NCBI GenBank assembly: GCA_963665125.2
Contig: CAXXUK010000001.1
Coordinates: 2,464,001 to 2,528,000 of the forward strand
Reading direction: 5' to 3'
DNA length: 64,000 bases
Source of the DNA: an uncultured Desulfarculus sp.
GTDB lineage: Bacteria; Desulfobacterota; Desulfarculia; Desulfarculales; Desulfarculaceae
Shown here: piece after piece, positions 59,984-64,000 of the stretch
Layout: each line of letters begins with the position of its first letter
How positions within the stretch are numbered: the stretch's first letter is position 1
The notes under the pieces: model-generated
What the model was told of the DNA's origin: nothing
Database searches by the model: none
Seen by the model: only the letters and a program-made list of their open reading frames with translations
Made by a program: the position numbers and the translations under genes

Positions 59984-61963
59984 ATGAAGAAGCTGGCGCG
60001 CATTTGGGCAATTTGCTGCGCATTGGCCCTTATTGGCTCCTCGGCCGCCTTTGCCGACCAGGACCAAGCGAAAACCGAGGTTAAGCTGCCGGACACTTCG
60101 GTCTCGGCAACCCGTTGGGAGCAAAACATCGAAAAACTGCCCCGCAACGTGGACATCATCACCCGTGACTACATCGAAAAGGTCAACCCCATGACCGTGC
60201 CGGACCTGCTCAAGGGCCTGCCCGGCATCTATGTCCAGGAACTCAACGGCTACGGCACCCAGGCCACGGTCACCATGCGCGGCTTTGGTGAAAACGGCGG
60301 ATTGCGCGTACTGGTCACGGTGGATGGCAGGCGGCAGAACCTGCTGGACCTCAACGGCCATGACTGGAGCACCATCCCTGTGGAAAACATCGAGCGCATC
60401 GAGATCCTGCACGGCGCGGCCGGTGTGGTCTATGGCGACAATGCCGTGGGCGGCGTGATCAACATCATCACCCGCAAGGGCAAGGGCCCCATGAAGGGCA
60501 ACGTCAAGGCCCAGTACGGCAGCCACGAAATGTACGGCTTTGCCGGTGATTTCGAGGGCTCCGCTGATATGGTCGACTGGTTTGTCAGCGCCCGCTACGA
60601 CGACACCGAGGGCTACCGCGAAAACAACCAGACCAGGGTCAAGGGCGGTTACTTCAACGCGGCCGTCACCCCCAACAAGGTCTTCAGCATCCGGGTCGAC
60701 GGCGCCATCAATGAAACCGATTTCGGCGTTCCGGGCAGCCTGACCGTGGCCCAGGCCGACCGCGACCGCACCCAGACCGCCTTCCCCAACGCTTATTACG
60801 ATAACAAGAACCAGGCTATCGCGGCCCTTTTCACCGGCGACTTCCAAAATTGCGGCGTGCTGACCCTGGACCTGGCCTACCGCAAGTGGCAGTCGGAAAG
60901 CGACTACTGGACCTATTACGACCAGGACGCCAAGTACTACGCCGTGCAGCCCAAGTATGTCCTGGACAGCGACTTCGGTTCCCTGGCCAACCGCGTCACC
61001 GCCGGTGTCGACTACTACAAATGGGACATGGAAGGCAAGTACGTCTCCAGTTGGACCGGCACGGCCAACCACGACAACACGCTCAATTCCTTTGGCGCCT
61101 ATCTTTTAGACGAGTTCTCGATCACCAAAAACATCGTCTTGCAGGCCGGCGCCCGCTACCAGAAGCAGGACTACACCCTGGAAACCACCCCCGAGGGCGG
61201 CAGCACGGCCAAGTATGAGCCCGACGACGACCGTTGGGCCTGGACCGCCGGCGTGGCCTGGAACTTCATGCCCGGCTCCAAGGTCTTCGGCCGGGTGGCC
61301 AGCGCCTTCCGCTATCCCTCGGTCGACGAATACTCATCGGTTTCCAGCACCACTTTCTGGGAAGTGGAGCCCGAGAAATCCCTCACCTATGAACTGGGCG
61401 TGGAGTGGGCCTTCATGACCGGTGCCCGGGTCGGCGTTACCGCCTACTTGATGAACATGGAAGACGAGATCGCCTACAACAGCGTCACTTGGGCCAACGA
61501 AAACCTCGACGACACCCGCCACCAGGGCGTCGAGGCCTCGCTGCACGTGCCGGTGTGTGACTGGGCCTATGCCTTCGGCAGCCTGACCTATCAGGACGCC
61601 GAATTCACCAAGGGCGCCAATGACGGCAAGACCGTGCCCCTGGTGCCCGAGTGGATGGCCAGCATCGGCGTCAACGTCGAGCCCATCGCCAACCTCAACA
61701 TCCTGGTGCGCTGGATGTTCGTGGGCGAGCGCTACTACGGCGGCGACTATGGCAACGTTTCCGAGAAGATGGACTCCTTCAACACCTTCGATGCCTCGGT
61801 CAGCTACAAGTATGACCGCTACAAGGTGTTCTTCAACGCCAAGAATATCTTCAGCGAGAAGTACTCCACCAGCGGCTGGTACGGCTACAGTACGCCCGAC
61901 CAGAATACGGTCAACCCCATGCCCGAAGCAGAGGTCTGGGGCGGCATAGCCATCGAGCTGTAA
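59984..61963 (+). CDS. btuB: TonB-dependent cobalamin receptor (BtuB-like)
   Basis: Signal peptide, SVSATR, plug IERIEILHG...YGDNAVGGVINIITRK, barrel; directly downstream of a B12 riboswitch. Confidence 0.85.
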   Translation: MKKLARIWAICCALALIGSSAAFADQDQAKTEVKLPDTSVSATRWEQNIEKLPRNVDIITRDYIEKVNPMTVPDLLKGLPGIYVQELNGYGTQATVTMRGFGENGGLRVLVTVDGRRQNLLDLNGHDWSTIPVENIERIEILHGAAGVVYGDNAVGGVINIITRKGKGPMKGNVKAQYGSHEMYGFAGDFEGSADMVDWFVSARYDDTEGYRENNQTRVKGGYFNAAVTPNKVFSIRVDGAINETDFGVPGSLTVAQADRDRTQTAFPNAYYDNKNQAIAALFTGDFQNCGVLTLDLAYRKWQSESDYWTYYDQDAKYYAVQPKYVLDSDFGSLANRVTAGVDYYKWDMEGKYVSSWTGTANHDNTLNSFGAYLLDEFSITKNIVLQAGARYQKQDYTLETTPEGGSTAKYEPDDDRWAWTAGVAWNFMPGSKVFGRVASAFRYPSVDEYSSVSSTTFWEVEPEKSLTYELGVEWAFMTGARVGVTAYLMNMEDEIAYNSVTWANENLDDTRHQGVEASLHVPVCDWAYAFGSLTYQDAEFTKGANDGKTVPLVPEWMASIGVNVEPIANLNILVRWMFVGERYYGGDYGNVSEKMDSFNTFDASVSYKYDRYKVFFNAKNIFSEKYSTSGWYGYSTPDQNTVNPMPEAEVWGGIAIEL

Positions 61964-61993
61964 ACGATAGTAAGACCTGATCCCTTCTCAACC

Positions 61994-62034
61994 GCCGGGG
62001 CCTTTCTCTTTATCGAGCAGGGCCCCGGCTTTTT
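61994..62034 (+). terminator. Intrinsic terminator
   Basis: GCCGGGGCC...GGCCCCGGC followed by TTTTT. Confidence 0.75.
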
Positions 62035-62047
62035 ATGCGGCTAGGTG

Positions 62048-62845
62048 CTAATTTGGTTCTACGCCCCGCTGCTTGAAAACCTCCCTTGCCGCGCCAAGGG
62101 CGTTCAGCGCCGCCGGGAAGCCCGCGTATCCGGCCATTTGGTTGATGACCTCAACGACTTCCCCCGGCTCCAGCCCGACATTCAGGCCCGCGGCGATATG
62201 CACCATAAGCTGGGGCAGCATGGTGCCGGCCGCCGTCGTCGCGGCTATGGCCGCTATTTCCCGGTGGCGGTCGGAAATGCCGGACCGGGAAAATACGTCG
62301 CCATAGCTGAAGTCCAGGATGAATTCGCCCATTTCCGGGGCCACGTCTGCCAGGCCGTCCAGGACGGATCGGCCAGTGCCGCCGCTGATGCGGGCCAGGG
62401 CCTCCAGGCCGCGCTCCCTGCGGGAGCCCTTTGTACTTTCCGGCGGCGAGACAGCCACCCCCTTGGCTTTGAACACCTCCCGGGCCACGGTTATTGCATT
62501 GAGCCCGGCCGGGAATCCGGCATACACCATGGTCACGTAGATGGTTTCGATGATCTCCCGGGGCGTCACGCCCACGTTCAGGGCCGCGCCGATGTGGAAT
62601 TTCAACTGGGGCGCGGCATGGCCCAGGCAGGTCAGGGCGGCCATGGTGGCTATCTGGCGGGAGGCCAGGTCCAGCCCCGGACGGCTGTATATGTCGCCGT
62701 AACCAAACTCTACGATGTATCCGGCCATCTCCGGGGCGATGTCTTGCAGACCCTGCATGATGCCCTGAGCGGCATCGGCGTCAAGCTGGTTCAAGACGGC
62801 CATGCCCCGCTGATAGCGCCGCGACTCCCGGCTTTGCTGTTCCAT
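62048..62845 (-). CDS. Carboxymuconolactone decarboxylase (CMD/AhpD-like) family protein, tandem two-domain
   Basis: Two copies of F.YGD..SR.G...R.IA...PQL..HI...LNVG...E....YAGFPA.LNA...AREVFK. Confidence 0.9.
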   Translation of the reverse strand: MEQQSRESRRYQRGMAVLNQLDADAAQGIMQGLQDIAPEMAGYIVEFGYGDIYSRPGLDLASRQIATMAALTCLGHAAPQLKFHIGAALNVGVTPREIIETIYVTMVYAGFPAGLNAITVAREVFKAKGVAVSPPESTKGSRRERGLEALARISGGTGRSVLDGLADVAPEMGEFILDFSYGDVFSRSGISDRHREIAAIAATTAAGTMLPQLMVHIAAGLNVGLEPGEVVEVINQMAGYAGFPAALNALGAAREVFKQRGVEPN

Positions 62846-62956
62846 CACTGCCTCCGTAAATTCAGAAGAAATAAAGCACTGGTAAAAAAATATAAATCAA
62901 TGAATAATATCTCCAATATATCTTTCGAATATTATTGATTTGTTTTGGATATCATT

Positions 62957-63907
62957 ATGGAACTGCGGCAACTGAAATACTTCAAGGCGGTGGCCGAGGA
63001 ATTGCACTTCGGCAGGGCGGCCCAGAGGCTCAACATCTCCCAGCCGCCGCTGAGCATGCAGATCCGCAACCTGGAAGACGAACTGGGCTTTGAACTGTTT
63101 CACCGCACCAACCGCAAGGTGGAGTTGAGCGATGCGGGCCGCGAGTTTCTGGATGGCGCGCGCCGGGTGCTGGCCCAGGCAGAGCAGGCCGTGCAGCAGG
63201 CCAGGCAAGTGGCCAGGGGTCTGGCGGGAAGCCTGGTTATAGGTTTCATGGGCCCGGCCATGGACGGCCCCCTACCCGAGGCGGTAAAGGCCTTTCGGGA
63301 CAATTATCCGCGAATCAGCCTGACCTTTGAGGAAATGAGCAGCGCCGAGCAGGTGGCGGCCCTGAAGGCCGGAGCCATCGACCTGGGCGTGGTCAGGGCC
63401 TTTGGCCGAACGCCGCCCGGCGTGGCGTCCATGCCCTTTTGGCGCGAGGAATATGTCCTGGCCATGGCCACGGACCACAGGCTGGCCGGTAAAGATTCCG
63501 CCAGGCCGGATGAGCTGGCCGATGAAGAGTTGATCCTGTTCCCCCGGCAGATGCAGCCGGAGTTGTACGACGCCGTGATCGCCGCTTTCCACGCCCAGGG
63601 CGTTACGCCTCGGGTGGGCCAACATGCCCGCACCAAGCAAAACGCCCTGGCCCTGGCCGCCGCGGGCCTTGGCCTGGCCATAGTGCCCAAAACCACGGCC
63701 CAAACCAGGCCGGGGACAATCAAGGCGGTTGAATTGAAGGCGGACCTGCCGCTGGTGGAGATAAGCCTGGCCTGGAAGCTGGGACGCCAATCAGCGGCCC
63801 TGCAAAACCTCGTCGCCGTACTTGTAGATCACTCAGGCCGTTGCCAGCGCGTCCAGCAGGCGGCCGTGCAGGCCCTCGAAGCCGCCGTTGCTCATGATCA
63901 GGCATAG
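62957..63907 (+). CDS. LysR family transcriptional regulator
   Basis: MELRQLKYFKAVAEELHFGRAAQRLNISQPPLSMQIRNLEDELG; divergent from the CMD gene across an AT-rich spacer. Confidence 0.95.
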   Translation: MELRQLKYFKAVAEELHFGRAAQRLNISQPPLSMQIRNLEDELGFELFHRTNRKVELSDAGREFLDGARRVLAQAEQAVQQARQVARGLAGSLVIGFMGPAMDGPLPEAVKAFRDNYPRISLTFEEMSSAEQVAALKAGAIDLGVVRAFGRTPPGVASMPFWREEYVLAMATDHRLAGKDSARPDELADEELILFPRQMQPELYDAVIAAFHAQGVTPRVGQHARTKQNALALAAAGLGLAIVPKTTAQTRPGTIKAVELKADLPLVEISLAWKLGRQSAALQNLVAVLVDHSGRCQRVQQAAVQALEAAVAHDQA

Positions 63908-64000
63908 GTCGCCGGGCCTCAGCGCCTCCAGCAAAGCCGCCAGCAGCGCGTCGGCGTCGGAGTAAGCCCAGGTCTTGATGCCCTTGGCGGTCAGGTCTCG
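63833..64000 (-). CDS. mpl: Murein peptide ligase Mpl C-terminus (partial, window edge)
   Basis: Not in the ORF track. Manual translation RDLTAKGIKTWAYSDADALLAALLEALRPGDLCLIMSNGGFEGLHGRLLDALATA*, matching the Mpl C-terminal GD..L.MSNGGF.G.H..LL motif. Confidence 0.82.
   Translation of the reverse strand, partial: RDLTAKGIKTWAYSDADALLAALLEALRPGDLCLIMSNGGFEGLHGRLLDALATA

Noticed and set aside
59842..60084. 80-aa ORF and other small ORFs in the btuB leader
   Set aside because: They overlap the riboswitch expression platform and terminator, with no RBS or protein-like features.

Overview
High-GC chromosomal window from what looks like an anaerobic, fatty-acid-degrading deltaproteobacterium (Desulfarculaceae-like by gene content; inference). 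It holds about 45 genes and I found no rRNA, tRNA, CRISPR array, integrase or transposase. The centrepiece is a ~14.6 kb electron-transfer cassette sitting between the heme-biosynthesis genes ahbD and ahbA. It has two operons, each with a sigma-54 -24/-12 promoter, flanking a PAS-domain enhancer-binding protein. Operon 1 encodes a membrane NarI-like/CxxCH/double-HdrC fusion, HdrB and a selenocysteine-containing HdrA (in-frame TGA at 36641 plus a SECIS-like hairpin, split in two by the ORF track). Operon 2 encodes NuoE/NuoF/NuoG-like (HydC/HydB-like) subunits with no catalytic hydrogenase or formate dehydrogenase subunit, then a degenerate HdrA-ferredoxin-MvhD-wHTH fusion; the NuoF-like gene carries a one-base frameshift. 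Other content: acyl-CoA metabolism (three CoA ligases, a carboxyltransferase, icmF with a TetR regulator and candidate operator), B12 salvage (cbiZ, cobalamin riboswitch, BtuB-like receptor), a second TonB receptor with an unexplained terminator-containing leader, an orphan FliD-like gene with a sigma-28 promoter, a class II photolyase, two AT-rich single-gene insertions (a pentapeptide/K-channel fusion and an SRA-like/HNH nuclease), a cluster of palindromes, and partial lepB and mpl genes at the edges. All calls come from reading motifs by eye; no database searches were run.
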